The position numbers and the translations under genes are program-made. A stretch of 31,961 bases of DNA from a virus (taxonomy: Duplodnaviria > Caudoviricetes). Below the pieces are notes generated by a model. It was not told the DNA's origin and made no database searches. It was given only the letters and a program-made list of their open reading frames with translations. Shown one piece after another: positions 8,446 through 16,136 of the stretch. The stretch's first letter is position 1. Every line of letters begins with the position of its first letter. The DNA lies in the IMG/VR virus record IMGVR_UViG_3300024242_000006, positions 1-31,961 of that record; one strand, 5' to 3'.

Positions 8446-8784
8446 ATGTCAAATTCAGTAAAAGGAACAATCAAACAAATCACTCAACAAGCGACTTTTG
8501 GGAAGACGCAAAAACAATCCGTGATAATCTCGACAGATGAAAAATACCCGCAATCTTTGGAAGTTGATTTCATCAATGATAAAATTTCATTATTACAAGG
8601 ATATGATCAAGGCGAAAAAGTTGAAATCGCAGTCAACATTCGTGGACGTGAATGGACAAGTCCAAAAAACGAAGTTAAATATTTTACTTCATTAACCGGT
8701 TGGAAAATTGATCGAACCGTCGGATTAACAAACGCAACTCAAAACCAAGATCGCAAAGAAGCAAACGTTGATTTGCCGTTTTAA
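8446..8784 (+). CDS. Single-stranded DNA-binding protein, DUF3127-like
   Basis: KYPQ, NIRGREW, YFTSLTGWKI motifs and a DLPF C-terminal tail. Confidence 0.85.
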   Translation: MSNSVKGTIKQITQQATFGKTQKQSVIISTDEKYPQSLEVDFINDKISLLQGYDQGEKVEIAVNIRGREWTSPKNEVKYFTSLTGWKIDRTVGLTNATQNQDRKEANVDLPF

Positions 8785-8789
8785 TATCA

Positions 8790-8814
8790 AGGGGGACAAT
8801 GTCCCCTTTTTTTT
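8790..8814 (+). terminator. Intrinsic terminator or attenuator between SSB and helicase
   Basis: GGGGAC-AAT-GTCCCC followed by a T run that abuts ATG 8815. Confidence 0.75.
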
Positions 8815-9729
8815 ATGATAATAGATAAAAACACAATTAAAGACGAAATCCTTAATATCAAGAATGGAAAAATCATTCAAGGTTTAAGAATGGGAATCCC
8901 GGAAATCGATGAACATTTCCGCTTAAAACTTGGGGGTTCCTTGGATATTTACGCAGGTCATGCAGGGGTTGGAAAAACAACATTTTGCTTGTACCTTATG
9001 ACATTGTTTGCACACAAATATGATTTGAAATTTGTTGTTTGGTCTTCCGAAAACACGGCGGGATCAGTTACACAAAAAATCATTGAATATAAAATGGGCA
9101 AACCAATTGACAACGCGACAGAAAGTGAAATTGAAGAATCAATCGATTGGACTTATGATCATTTTAAAATTATCAAGGTTGAAGAATTATGCACTTACAA
9201 AGATGTTCTTGAACAAATTCTTGGGGTTCATAAAGCCTTGCCAATGGCTGCGGCATTTATAGACCCTTATAATTCACTTGCGAAACCAAAAGAAGACATG
9301 AAGGCTTACGGAGCGCATGAACTTGATTATATGATTGCAAGTGAAATGCGATTGTTTGCTGAAAAACACAAAATCACTTTGATGGTATCAATGCACGGTG
9401 TGACCGAATCAAGTCGAAAGGTTCACCCGGTAACACATCCGATGGCCGGTTATCCGATGCCATTATCATATTCACAAGTTGAAGGGGGTGTAAAATGGGC
9501 AAACCGTTGTTCATCATTCAATACGGTACATCGATATTTTCAATCAAAAGAATCTTGGAACATCATGGAACTTCACGTTTTGAAGGTGAAGGAATATTCT
9601 TCCGGCGGTCGTCCCACTGGACTCGACGACCCGATAAGGCTGAAAATGCTTCCAAATAATATCGGTTATGAATTTGGTGGAATGAATTTGATGCACGAAC
9701 AAAAAACACAAAAAGAAGTTTTATTTTGA
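8815..9729 (+). CDS. DnaB/SF4-like replicative helicase
   Basis: Walker A GHAGVGKT, Walker B FIDPYN, plus SSEN, EGG.KW and KVKE motifs. Confidence 0.8.
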   Translation: MIIDKNTIKDEILNIKNGKIIQGLRMGIPEIDEHFRLKLGGSLDIYAGHAGVGKTTFCLYLMTLFAHKYDLKFVVWSSENTAGSVTQKIIEYKMGKPIDNATESEIEESIDWTYDHFKIIKVEELCTYKDVLEQILGVHKALPMAAAFIDPYNSLAKPKEDMKAYGAHELDYMIASEMRLFAEKHKITLMVSMHGVTESSRKVHPVTHPMAGYPMPLSYSQVEGGVKWANRCSSFNTVHRYFQSKESWNIMELHVLKVKEYSSGGRPTGLDDPIRLKMLPNNIGYEFGGMNLMHEQKTQKEVLF

Positions 9730-9941
9730 TTTATTCCTTGATTATATTATTGGCAATCATTTTGATTTTTGGTCACATCAAAAAGGCTGAAATTCAAATG
9801 GCTCCGGTTTTTGGAATAATGATTGGATGCTTATATTCTTACAATGATCTTGAAGATTGTCGTGAACATTGGATTCAATGTTGTGTTTTTTTTATTTCAA
9901 TAACAGTAATATGGACAAGTCCGCCGAATGGCTCAAATTAG
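9726..9941 (+). CDS. Hypothetical membrane protein
   Basis: TTG start overlapping the helicase stop; hydrophobic segments. Confidence 0.55.
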   Translation: MIYSLIILLAIILIFGHIKKAEIQMAPVFGIMIGCLYSYNDLEDCREHWIQCCVFFISITVIWTSPPNGSN

Positions 9942-10495
9942 TTGCGAAGCATCACAATAAATGGATCAAGATCGTTGAATCATTTGGTGAACACCAATAC
10001 AAGGACGACATCGTCCAAGAAGCATATTTGGCCCTTTACAAATACACGACACCCGAAAAGATCATTCACAATGGCAAAGTGTCCGAAGGATATATGTTTT
10101 TCACCCTTAAAACGATCACATATCAGTTTTACAACGCTAAAAACAAAATCAAAAAGGTTTCCTTGGATGACGAAGAAAACGTTGTTCATTTAATCGCTGA
10201 AGACACAATCGAAGAACAAGAAGCATTTCACAAGATATGTGTTCTTATTGATCAAGAAATGGAATCTTGGTCATGGTACAACCGACGATTGACTGAATTA
10301 TATCGTGACACGGATATGTCAATTCGAAAAATTGCAGCCGCGACAAACATAAGTTTTGTCAGTATATTTAATACACTTAAAAATTGTAAAAATGAAATCA
10401 AACAAAAATTCCAAGAAGACTTCGAAGATTACAAAAACGGGGACTTCGACAAAATCCAAGAACCAAAAATTCGAAACATTCAAAAAGAATCATGA
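9911..10495 (+). CDS. Phage-encoded sigma-70 (ECF-like) RNA polymerase sigma factor
   Basis: Region 2 signature DDIVQEAYLAL and region 4 HTH MSIRKIAAATNISFVSIFNTLKNCK. ATG 9911 preferred as start. Confidence 0.8.
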   Translation: MDKSAEWLKLVAKHHNKWIKIVESFGEHQYKDDIVQEAYLALYKYTTPEKIIHNGKVSEGYMFFTLKTITYQFYNAKNKIKKVSLDDEENVVHLIAEDTIEEQEAFHKICVLIDQEMESWSWYNRRLTELYRDTDMSIRKIAAATNISFVSIFNTLKNCKNEIKQKFQEDFEDYKNGDFDKIQEPKIRNIQKES

Positions 10496-10856
10496 ACAAG
10501 GTTCAACCGGACTTGGCGACACCGTTGAAAAAATAACAAAGAAGACGGGAATTAAAAAGGTGGTCGACACCGTATTCCAAAAACTTGAAAAATCGTGTGG
10601 ATGCGATGAACGGAAAATCAAACTCAATCAAATTTTTCGATATGAAAAACCCGAATGTTTCAATGAAGAAGATTTTAATGTTGTAAGGAATGCAATCGAA
10701 TCAAAACAAAATAAGTTTACAATTGAAGAACAAGAAAAATTTGTCGATATTTACACACGTGTCTTCACAAATTTAAATCGTCCGGAATGTACACCTTGCA
10801 GTTTTGAAAGTGAAGTTTACAATCGACTTGTCAAAGTTTACAACACTTATAAATAA
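10392..10856 (+). CDS. Conserved hypothetical phage protein (GLGDT...CGC...CxxC)
   Basis: GLGDTVEKITKKTGIK, SCGCDERK and CTPC motifs. The nearest in-frame ATG overlaps the sigma gene by about 100 nt. Confidence 0.7.
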   Translation: MKSNKNSKKTSKITKTGTSTKSKNQKFETFKKNHEQGSTGLGDTVEKITKKTGIKKVVDTVFQKLEKSCGCDERKIKLNQIFRYEKPECFNEEDFNVVRNAIESKQNKFTIEEQEKFVDIYTRVFTNLNRPECTPCSFESEVYNRLVKVYNTYK

Positions 10857-10863
10857 TAACACA

Positions 10864-11151
10864 ATGAACAAAAAAATGCAAAACCTTAAAGAAATGGAAT
10901 ATTATTCAAATTTTAATTTGGTGGGTGAAGTACTTCTTAAATTAAAAAAGAAATATCCAAACAACGAAACATTGAAGGATGCAATATCCGCAATGACTGA
11001 AATCGGTTTTTTCGCTACTGAAATGATGCAAGCGCAATATTTTTATGAAAAATCACTTGAATCATATCGTTCCGACAAACACCGAGCAATTGAACGCGCA
11101 CGACGTGTTGAAGATGAAATTGAAAAATTGAGGGAAAAATGGGAAGTTTAA
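10864..11151 (+). CDS. Hypothetical coiled-coil protein
   Basis: ATG 10864 with A-rich leader; C-terminal coiled coil. Confidence 0.7.
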   Translation: MNKKMQNLKEMEYYSNFNLVGEVLLKLKKKYPNNETLKDAISAMTEIGFFATEMMQAQYFYEKSLESYRSDKHRAIERARRVEDEIEKLREKWEV

Positions 11152-11210
11152 TCGTTGGATATATTGTTTTTAGATTCCTTGAATATATAATTAAAGAAAT
11201 AATCATATGA
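11139..11210 (+). CDS. Small hydrophobic peptide (23 aa)
   Basis: MGSLIVGYIVFRFLEYIIKEIII; ATGA overlap with the next gene. Confidence 0.4.
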   Translation: MGSLIVGYIVFRFLEYIIKEIII

Positions 11211-11461
11211 GTGATTCAGTAAAAAAATGGCATGAAATGAAAGACGCCGGTTGGATTGAACCAAGATACGTTCAACAAGAAGACGAAATTGTCACAACCG
11301 TGATCCGTAAGTTTAAGAAACGATCACAAGAAGGAATTCAAGAATACGGAATGACATTGGCTGACAACCCGGACGGATTTTATAAATGGATCGACGAAGC
11401 GCAATCTGAAGCAATGGATTTCATTTTGTATTTAGAAAAAATTAAAAATTTAAACAAATGA
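11207..11461 (+). CDS. Conserved phage protein, possibly all-alpha NTP-pyrophosphatase-like
   Basis: RS..G...YG.TL......W...A..E.MD..LYLEK pattern; the fold assignment is inference. Confidence 0.5.
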   Translation: MSDSVKKWHEMKDAGWIEPRYVQQEDEIVTTVIRKFKKRSQEGIQEYGMTLADNPDGFYKWIDEAQSEAMDFILYLEKIKNLNK

Positions 11462-11769
11462 TGAATTTAATACCAATATCGTTTTTAATAATGTCAATCG
11501 GAATCCTTTTAATTGGAATCGGTGTGATTAAAGACGCATTCAGATGAAAGAAGCGACACTTGTAAAAATGCAAAGGGACATCAAGAACTTAACGATCACC
11601 CTTTCGATTTTAATTGAACGTCTTAAAAAATTAGAAGATGAAAAAGAATAATGACATGCCATATGATTTTTGGAATTACGGGATCAATCCAATTCTTGGA
11701 TATCGATATCTCACAAGATTAAAAAAACGTAAACCAAGAAACCAAGAAAAAGACGACGAAATTAAATAA
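11458..11769 (+). CDS. Three tiny adjacent ORFs (11458-11547 TM peptide; 11544-11651; 11656-11769)
   Basis: Manual translations: MMNLIPISFLIMSIGILLIGIGVIKDAFR; MKEATLVKMQRDIKNL...; MPYDFWNYGINPILGYRY... The first two have ATGA overlaps. Confidence 0.5.
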
Positions 11770-11770
11770 T

Positions 11771-11785
11771 TTTGTTTATATTTAC
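11771..11785 (+). promoter_or_regulatory. Putative host-sigma-type promoter
   Basis: TTTGTTTATATTTAC, near-identical to TTTGTTTACATTTG at 17341; A-rich leader to ATG 11802. Confidence 0.5.
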
Positions 11786-11801
11786 TTAAAGAAACACAAT
11801 T

Positions 11802-11951
11802 ATGACTTACGAAGAAATATTTTACAGATCATTGACCGAACAAGAATTGAAACGAACAATCACTTCCGGTGGTCTTGATGCGTATGGTAAAAGATGCCAA
11901 CAAGAACTTGACAGACGACACCAAGAACAAAAAGAAATTACATCCTTATGA
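11802..11951 (+). CDS. Small hypothetical protein (49 aa)
   Basis: MTYEEIFYRSLTEQELKRTITSGGLDAYGKRCQQELDRRHQEQKEITSL; ATGA overlap with the exonuclease gene. Confidence 0.6.
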   Translation: MTYEEIFYRSLTEQELKRTITSGGLDAYGKRCQQELDRRHQEQKEITSL

Positions 11952-12739
11952 TTACCTTATTCAACGGCGAAAAATATCTTGAAGGCGAAATCAATGCAAT
12001 GGCCGCAGACGATAATTTTTATTATGGTCACCTTGGCAAGCACGCATTGTCTTCTTCAGTATTAAGAAACATTTTTGACGATCCGGACAAGCAACTTCAA
12101 TATATGAAGGGGAAAGGTGGGAATACCGAAGCATTGATGCTTGGTAAATTGACACATTGGTGTTGGCTTGAACCGGACGTTTTTTATAGTCAAGTTTATA
12201 CGGACTTACGTGGTAACACAAACGCATACAAAGAACTTGTTTCGCAACACGGTTCGGATAATGTATTCAAAGAAAAACATCGCAACATCGCGGAATGGTT
12301 GTGTCGTCGATTAGACAACAACGAAGATATTCGTGAAATACGAAAAGATGCCGAAGTCGAGGTTGCAAGTGTAAAAATGATCGACGGATTTCCGACACGT
12401 GGAAAAGCCGACATGATTAAAGACGACACAATATATGATTTGAAAACCGGTATCGTAACACCACAACAATTCGAATGGAAAGTCGATGCAATGAATTACG
12501 ATCTTCAAGCGTGGATTTACATGCAGTTATTTCCCGAATTGAAAAACTTCAAATTCATTTATATAAACAAACACACACGCGCTCCCGGTATTATTGAAAT
12601 GCCACAATCAGTCATTGACCGTGGTGGGGAAAAATACAAGATCGCAGTCGATGTTTATATGAAGGTTTTTTATGACAAAGAAATTGATGAAATTGAATTC
12701 TTGTTGGATCAATACGTTTACCGGGGGACTGCAAGATGA
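11948..12739 (+). CDS. RecE / exonuclease VIII-like PD-(D/E)xK exonuclease
   Basis: LSSS.L, G.L.H, RGKAD, YDLKT and YDLQA.IY motifs. Confidence 0.85.
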   Translation: MITLFNGEKYLEGEINAMAADDNFYYGHLGKHALSSSVLRNIFDDPDKQLQYMKGKGGNTEALMLGKLTHWCWLEPDVFYSQVYTDLRGNTNAYKELVSQHGSDNVFKEKHRNIAEWLCRRLDNNEDIREIRKDAEVEVASVKMIDGFPTRGKADMIKDDTIYDLKTGIVTPQQFEWKVDAMNYDLQAWIYMQLFPELKNFKFIYINKHTRAPGIIEMPQSVIDRGGEKYKIAVDVYMKVFYDKEIDEIEFLLDQYVYRGTAR

Positions 12740-12930
12740 ACAAAGACGAAATACTTGAATATTATTTTTTGGCAATCAACGACATCCGGAACGGATCGTC
12801 AATTCAAGAATTGGAAGAAGCAATCAAGATATATGAAAAGGAGCAGCAATTTGAAGCATGCGCCGGCATATTAAAGGCAATAAATGAAGTAAAATATACA
12901 ACAATTAAAAACTTAAAGAATGGACATTAA
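12736..12930 (+). CDS. Small protein with UVR-like helical hairpin
   Basis: LEEAIKIYEKEQQFEACAGI; ATGA overlap. Confidence 0.6.
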   Translation: MNKDEILEYYFLAINDIRNGSSIQELEEAIKIYEKEQQFEACAGILKAINEVKYTTIKNLKNGH

Positions 12931-13417
12931 AATGATAAAAAAAGTCGTTTCGGAATCAACCGGTATAAATTTAGACGACAAAGAATTAAATTCAAGACGA
13001 ATATCGGAAAACGTCGAAGCACGAACAATGTTTTTCAGTCTTGCAAGGGAATTCACACCGATGTCACTTGCCGACATAGGCAAATCAATAAAACCAAAAA
13101 AAGATCACGCAACGGTTTTATATTCAATCCGTAAGGCAAAAGACGCAATTCGTTTCGACAAAATATTCAGAAACAAACTTGACGATTTAAGGTCAAGAAT
13201 TGAATACGTCCGAGCACAAATGGAAAATTCAGAAATTGACTTTTTGACCGCGTTGAATAAACTTGAACGCATGGAATTAAAGAACAAACAACTTATAGAA
13301 AGAAACACGGAATTAATCGAACAAATAGACAAATTAAATGGCAAAATCAAACGACAAAATAAATACCTTATTGAAAACGGTTACCAAATCAACCGAAGTA
13401 TCTTCAAAGAAGATTAA
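12920..13417 (+). CDS. DnaA C-terminal (domain IV) HTH protein with coiled coil
   Basis: R....V.AR......ARE.T.MSLADIG.....KDHATVLYS matches the DnaA domain IV signature; no AAA+ domain. Confidence 0.8.
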   Translation: MDIKMIKKVVSESTGINLDDKELNSRRISENVEARTMFFSLAREFTPMSLADIGKSIKPKKDHATVLYSIRKAKDAIRFDKIFRNKLDDLRSRIEYVRAQMENSEIDFLTALNKLERMELKNKQLIERNTELIEQIDKLNGKIKRQNKYLIENGYQINRSIFKED

Positions 13418-13889
13418 GGACGAAGTATGTCCAAAGTGCGGAATAAAACCCACAAAGACATTCTTTGACGGACAAGTAAGTGAACACTTCAAAGGTTGCG
13501 ATATGTATATCGGTGATCTTGATTTCAAACTAGCGGACGACACCAATGTCATAATCGCCGAAATTAAATATGTCAACTCAAGTCATAAATTCGTCGGGAA
13601 GAAGATATCATTCAATCAAGCGCGTGAATATGCAGCAATGACCGGAGTGATTGACAATCTTGGAAGGGAACAAAGAACTTATGTTTTCGAAGCACACGAA
13701 GTTGAAAAACCTTACATTGCAATTGTTCCATTCTTAAAACCCACGGGAAAAGAACGACACGCATTCGACTTCATGGACATCGACAATGCAAAACTTGTAT
13801 ATGTATTTAAAGACGATCAGTTTGGTCGTTGGTTGGCCGGTGACAGATATGTCGGAACAGAAATGCGAAACTCATTAAAATGTGTATAA
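13338..13889 (+). CDS. Putative PD-(D/E)xK endonuclease
   Basis: GDLDF...IIAEIK plus S.NQ...Y motif; N-terminal CPKC. Confidence 0.55.
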   Translation: MAKSNDKINTLLKTVTKSTEVSSKKIKDEVCPKCGIKPTKTFFDGQVSEHFKGCDMYIGDLDFKLADDTNVIIAEIKYVNSSHKFVGKKISFNQAREYAAMTGVIDNLGREQRTYVFEAHEVEKPYIAIVPFLKPTGKERHAFDFMDIDNAKLVYVFKDDQFGRWLAGDRYVGTEMRNSLKCV

Positions 13890-14960
13890 ATGAAAAAACT
13901 TAATTTATTAGATTTATTTAGTGGAATCGGCGGATTTCACAAAGGATTGGAACAAGCGGGATTCAAAGTGAATTCTTATTTTTCCGAAGTGGACAAACAC
14001 GCAATATCAGTTTATCAAAACAATTTTAAAAAATCAACTTATGTCGGATCAGTTACAGATGTTCAAGGAACACAATTACCAAGAATCAACGCAATCACCT
14101 TCGGAAGTCCTTGCCAAGATTTCAGCATTGCTGGAAAACGTCAAGGAATGGACGGAAAACGATCAAGCCTTATCCTTGAAGCAATTCGACTTATTCGGGA
14201 ATGCAGACCAGATTTTTTTATCTGGGAAAATGTTAAAGGAACGTTCAGCTCAAACAATCGCGAAGACTTTGCGGCAATCTTGCAAGCGTTTGCCGACATT
14301 GGGGGTTATCGACTTGAATGGCAATTGCTTAATTCAAAATGGTTTTTACCCCAAAACCGTGAGCGAATTTACCTTGTCGGATATATTGGAAACAGACGTG
14401 GACGATCGGTATTTCCTATCGGAAAAGACGACACAAAGATTAATGTCATACAAGAACAAACAACAAACACCCTTACCACAAGATACCGAGCTGACGGAGT
14501 CGGATCGTACATTGTTGAAAATAAACTCAAGGCACAAATAAAAAACGGAACAAAACAAGGATACGACATCGCCAAGGAAGGTGATTCAATAAATTATTCA
14601 AATCTAAATTCAGAAACAAGAAGGGGACGTGTTGGCAAAGGTGTTGCACAAACACTTGACACAGCTTGCAATCAAGCAGTCATTGGTGACTTCAGATACG
14701 ACGAAGGATTCCGTTGGCGACAAAATAATATATCACCAACATTGACACTTAATGATCCGACATATCTTAAAACACCAAAAATAAGAAGATTAACACCAAT
14801 TGAATGTGAACGACTTCAAGGGTTTCCAGATAATTGGACAAAGTACGGCACAAACGGTGAAATAAGTGATTCACAACGTTACAAAATGTGCGGGAATGCA
14901 GTCACGGTCAATGTGGTTGAAGCAGTCGCAAATAAGATTTATAAGTTGTACAATAAATGA
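13890..14960 (+). CDS. DNA (cytosine-5)-methyltransferase, large subunit
   Basis: Motifs I LFSGIGG, IV GSPCQDFS, VI WENVKG, VIII PQNRER, IX RRLTPIECERLQGFP and X CGNAV. Confidence 0.95.
   Translation: MKKLNLLDLFSGIGGFHKGLEQAGFKVNSYFSEVDKHAISVYQNNFKKSTYVGSVTDVQGTQLPRINAITFGSPCQDFSIAGKRQGMDGKRSSLILEAIRLIRECRPDFFIWENVKGTFSSNNREDFAAILQAFADIGGYRLEWQLLNSKWFLPQNRERIYLVGYIGNRRGRSVFPIGKDDTKINVIQEQTTNTLTTRYRADGVGSYIVENKLKAQIKNGTKQGYDIAKEGDSINYSNLNSETRRGRVGKGVAQTLDTACNQAVIGDFRYDEGFRWRQNNISPTLTLNDPTYLKTPKIRRLTPIECERLQGFPDNWTKYGTNGEISDSQRYKMCGNAVTVNVVEAVANKIYKLYNK
14041..14541 (+). CDS. Nested +1-frame gene, putative methyltransferase beta subunit
   Basis: 166 open codons inside an AT-rich gene; A-rich leader TTTTAAAAAATCAACTT-ATG; contains TLSDILETDVDDRYFLSEK. 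Confidence 0.7.
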   Translation: MSDQLQMFKEHNYQESTQSPSEVLAKISALLENVKEWTENDQALSLKQFDLFGNADQIFLSGKMLKERSAQTIAKTLRQSCKRLPTLGVIDLNGNCLIQNGFYPKTVSEFTLSDILETDVDDRYFLSEKTTQRLMSYKNKQQTPLPQDTELTESDRTLLKINSRHK

Positions 14961-15805
14961 AAACCGTGAATTCATTATCGGGTGGGAAAACGTCTTCTTA
15001 TATCGCGGCACATTATCCCGCGGATTATGATGTTTTTGCACTTGTAAGGATTGAAGATAAGAATTGCAGATTCCCGGACAAGAAAATCCGACAAATGGTT
15101 GAAGACAAAATACAACAACCATTCATTGCAACCGCAGAAGACGACATGATCATTTATACAATGATTGATCTTGAACAATACATCGGAAGGGAAATAACTT
15201 GGGTAAGCGGAAAAACATTTGATGAAATTATTTTAAGGAACGGAAAAAAATACCTTCCAAATGTCACACAAAGATTTTGCACGACAGAAATGAAACTCAA
15301 TCCAATATTTAATTGGTGGCATCAAAACATAAAAGAACCAATTGAAACACGAATCGGATATCGCGCAAATGAAATGCGAAGGGCAAAGAAAATGAATGAT
15401 CGTTTAAATGAAGAAGGATTGTTGACCCACAAAACAATTGTCGGGAAAAGAAAGTCACAAAATAAGTGGGCGGAAATTGGTTGGCAAAAACCCGTGTTCC
15501 CATTAATTGATGACAAAATATTTAAAGACAATGTTGAAGAATATTGGAATGACAAAAATGTACGTTTTGCTTACATGAACAATTGTATTGGTTGCTTTCA
15601 TCGTAATGAAGTATTGTTGAAATTAATGTCCGACAAAAATCCAAACAAATTTCAATGGTTTATAAATGCAGAACAAGAAACCGGCTACAATGTAAGAACA
15701 TTTAAGAATGGCGTCACATACGAACAGATAAAAAACAGTTTTAAACAAATAAATATGTTCGAAGATGACTTCAATGAATGTGATTCGGGATATTGTGGCA
15801 TTTAA
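14957..15805 (+). CDS. PP-loop PAPS-reductase/DndC-like protein with Cys clusters
   Basis: SLSGGKTS PP-loop, RFCTTEMK, IGYRANE.RR, NCIGCF and C-terminal CDSGYC; ATGA overlap with the methyltransferase. Confidence 0.75.
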   Translation: MKTVNSLSGGKTSSYIAAHYPADYDVFALVRIEDKNCRFPDKKIRQMVEDKIQQPFIATAEDDMIIYTMIDLEQYIGREITWVSGKTFDEIILRNGKKYLPNVTQRFCTTEMKLNPIFNWWHQNIKEPIETRIGYRANEMRRAKKMNDRLNEEGLLTHKTIVGKRKSQNKWAEIGWQKPVFPLIDDKIFKDNVEEYWNDKNVRFAYMNNCIGCFHRNEVLLKLMSDKNPNKFQWFINAEQETGYNVRTFKNGVTYEQIKNSFKQINMFEDDFNECDSGYCGI

Positions 15806-15828
15806 CAAGAAATGATTTTTTTTATTAT
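15804..15828 (+). promoter_or_regulatory. Putative late promoter, copy 3
   Basis: AACAAGAAATGATTTTTTTTATTAT upstream of terS. Confidence 0.65.
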
Positions 15829-15857
15829 ATAATTAAATAATTAATTTATATTAATTC

Positions 15858-16112
15858 ATGGACGGTCGGAAAAATAACGGTGGACATTCAACAAAAGGAT
15901 TCGCGGGACGTAAACCCAAGGCGGAAGAAATCGAACTTATTGAACGATTGTCCCCATTGGATGACATGGCATTCGAAGCATTAAAAGACGGCATTGAAAA
16001 GAAAGATTTCCGATACGTCAAATTATTCCATGAATACCGATACGGTAAACCCAAAGAAACCAAGGACATCAATCTTGATCAAGATGTTCCATTCATCATT
16101 GAAATGGACTAA
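15858..16112 (+). CDS. terS: Terminase small subunit
   Basis: 84 aa, NGG....AGRKPK and YGKPKE motifs; immediately upstream of terL. Confidence 0.7.
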   Translation: MDGRKNNGGHSTKGFAGRKPKAEEIELIERLSPLDDMAFEALKDGIEKKDFRYVKLFHEYRYGKPKETKDINLDQDVPFIIEMD

Positions 16113-16136
16113 CCATTCCCATTTCGTGATTCCAAT

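Noticed and set aside
8349-8540. 63-aa track ORF with GTG start
   Set aside because: It overlaps the better-supported 8261-8404 ORF and the SSB gene in other frames.
9884-9896. T-run as a second frameshift site fusing the membrane ORF to the sigma factor
   Set aside because: The sigma gene has its own ATG at 9911 and nothing else supports a fusion.
14957-15805. cysH auxiliary metabolic gene for sulfate assimilation
   Set aside because: Only the PP-loop is clearly shared. The CysH C-terminal ECGLH motif is absent and the context is DNA modification.
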